The notes under the pieces were generated by a model. The model worked only from the letters and a program-made list of their open reading frames with translations, had not been told where the DNA came from and made no database searches. This document shows positions 62,776-64,000 of a stretch of 64,000 nucleotides of DNA, piece by piece. A program made the position numbers and the translations under genes. The stretch's first letter is position 1. Every line of letters begins with the position of its first letter. The stretch is taken from positions 108,699,309 to 108,763,308 of the forward strand of contig NC_068985.1 of NCBI RefSeq assembly GCF_001194135.2, written 5' to 3'. This stretch comes from Octopus bimaculoides (Eukaryota).

Positions 62776-64000
62776 GAGGACTACATCGGGGAAGTTTAAC
62801 ACGTGAGAACGATAAATCACTGCTCCGAAACTTATCCAAAAAACATCGGAAATAAAGATATCGCATTGAGCCAAAAAATAGCTAACAAAGGGTTGGACTA
62901 TATCCGAGTAAGAAATACTCATTGAAATGTATTTCTATCTTTCCAAATATAATGATGTATTTTAACTTGATACCTCCACTACCCGCACAGCGATCGTAAA
63001 CACACGTGTTACATCAAAATCAAACCATCTTCGAACCCCAAAACACCATGTACAAAAAAATTACAAACAGATTAAATAACACCGGTATTATTACACCCAA
63101 GAATAACAACCGAGAAGTGCGTACTGTAAGCTTGTTACGAAAAAAATACGAAGATCTGAACGTGCAAAACAATCTGACAACAGAAATAAACGAACCGGTA
63201 CCCTACGAAAACGATGACCGTCAAAATAAAGGACCGGACGTTGTTCCTCATGTCCCGCAAACAAAACCAAAACGGCATAAATGGACACGTGAGGAATACA
63301 TTTCGATACTATACGCCTATTTCACAGCAGTGCTCTACCCAAAAAACGAAAACGCAACAACACATACATATAAAATATGGAAGAAAAATAATGTAAATAA
63401 AGACCTCGATAAAACAATGAACCCTAACAAACTAGCTAACATAAGAAGATATATTCTAAAAGCAAAAAAAATATCAGAAATAGAAGTAGAACAATTGAAA
63501 GGAAAAATACAACAAGAAAATCTATATACTAGTCACACAGCAATGCCAAATAATAATATAAACACTGAGATAGCAAAACACGAGGACAAACGTAACATTT
63601 CCTGCAAAACGAAGTAAACAAAAATCAACAAACCCAGACCGTAGAGATGTATAATAGTGTACAAAAAGCACCAATCCAGAACACCACAGACAAACATATG
63701 AATGAAAAGGAAGGCAAAACAAATCTAAAGCCTGGGAATAACGAAGGGAAACCTAATAATTACGATACTATGAAAATGAGAATAACCAAAGAACTGAAAT
63801 CCACAGATCTTAGAATGGACCACAGATTATATCTCCCAAAAATCAAAATAGACAATAAAACAACATCAATAATAAATAGCATAAACCTGGCCATCACGGA
63901 ACTAACAACCACAGAAACAACAGGCAATATCACTGAGCTAAATGACATAATATATGCGGCAGCCACTGCAGCCACAAAAGAAGCAGGATACTCACTCAAA
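62776..64000 (+). mobile_element. 5' portion of an R4/Dong-like non-LTR retrotransposon (N-terminal region; runs off the window)
   Basis: ORF from ATG 63048 contains KRHKWTREEYISILYAYF...IWKK...NKLANIRRYILKAKKISEIEVEQLK. A -1 frame open from ~63597 to the edge gives RLYLPKIK...IINSINLAI...ELNDIIYAAATAATKEAG. Both resemble R4-clade N-terminal motifs. Confidence 0.7.

Noticed and set aside
63590-63620. Programmed -1 ribosomal frameshift in the R4-like ORF
   Set aside because: No X XXY YYZ slippery site or obvious downstream structure; R4-clade elements normally have one ORF, so an inactivating indel or sequencing error is more likely.

Overview
Eukaryotic draft-assembly DNA: AT-rich, about 20 N-gaps mostly flanked by (AT)n/(CA)n/(GA)n microsatellites, and dense in SINEs. 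The protein sequences identify it as octopus (coleoid cephalopod) genome. It holds part of an S-crystallin (sigma-class GST-derived lens crystallin) gene cluster. Two complete 6-exon genes lie in tandem on the + strand: gene B, CDS 23552-31762, and gene C, CDS 46558-56237, both 215 aa and about 88% identical. Exon 1 and the promoter of a third paralogue (gene A, 3354-3222) lie on the - strand, head-to-head with gene B, and are absent from the ORF track. Almost all ORF-track entries are microsatellite or gap noise. Intergenic and intronic DNA contains tRNA-headed SINEs of several families, mariner/Tc1 transposase relics, a TA-flanked MITE, three Penelope-like element fragments, an RTE relic, and the 5' part of an R4/Dong-like non-LTR element next to an (AAT)n tract at the right edge. 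The most unusual non-genic structures are a near-complete type I hammerhead ribozyme fold with an inverted partial copy (4256-4381) and a foldback element whose axis is a perfect (TAACCC)n/(GGGTTA)n telomeric palindrome (about 34712-35405). There are no rRNA, bona fide tRNA or CRISPR features. I did not find a clearly new multi-gene system. Exon coordinates were counted by hand and checked for frame; TE boundaries are approximate.
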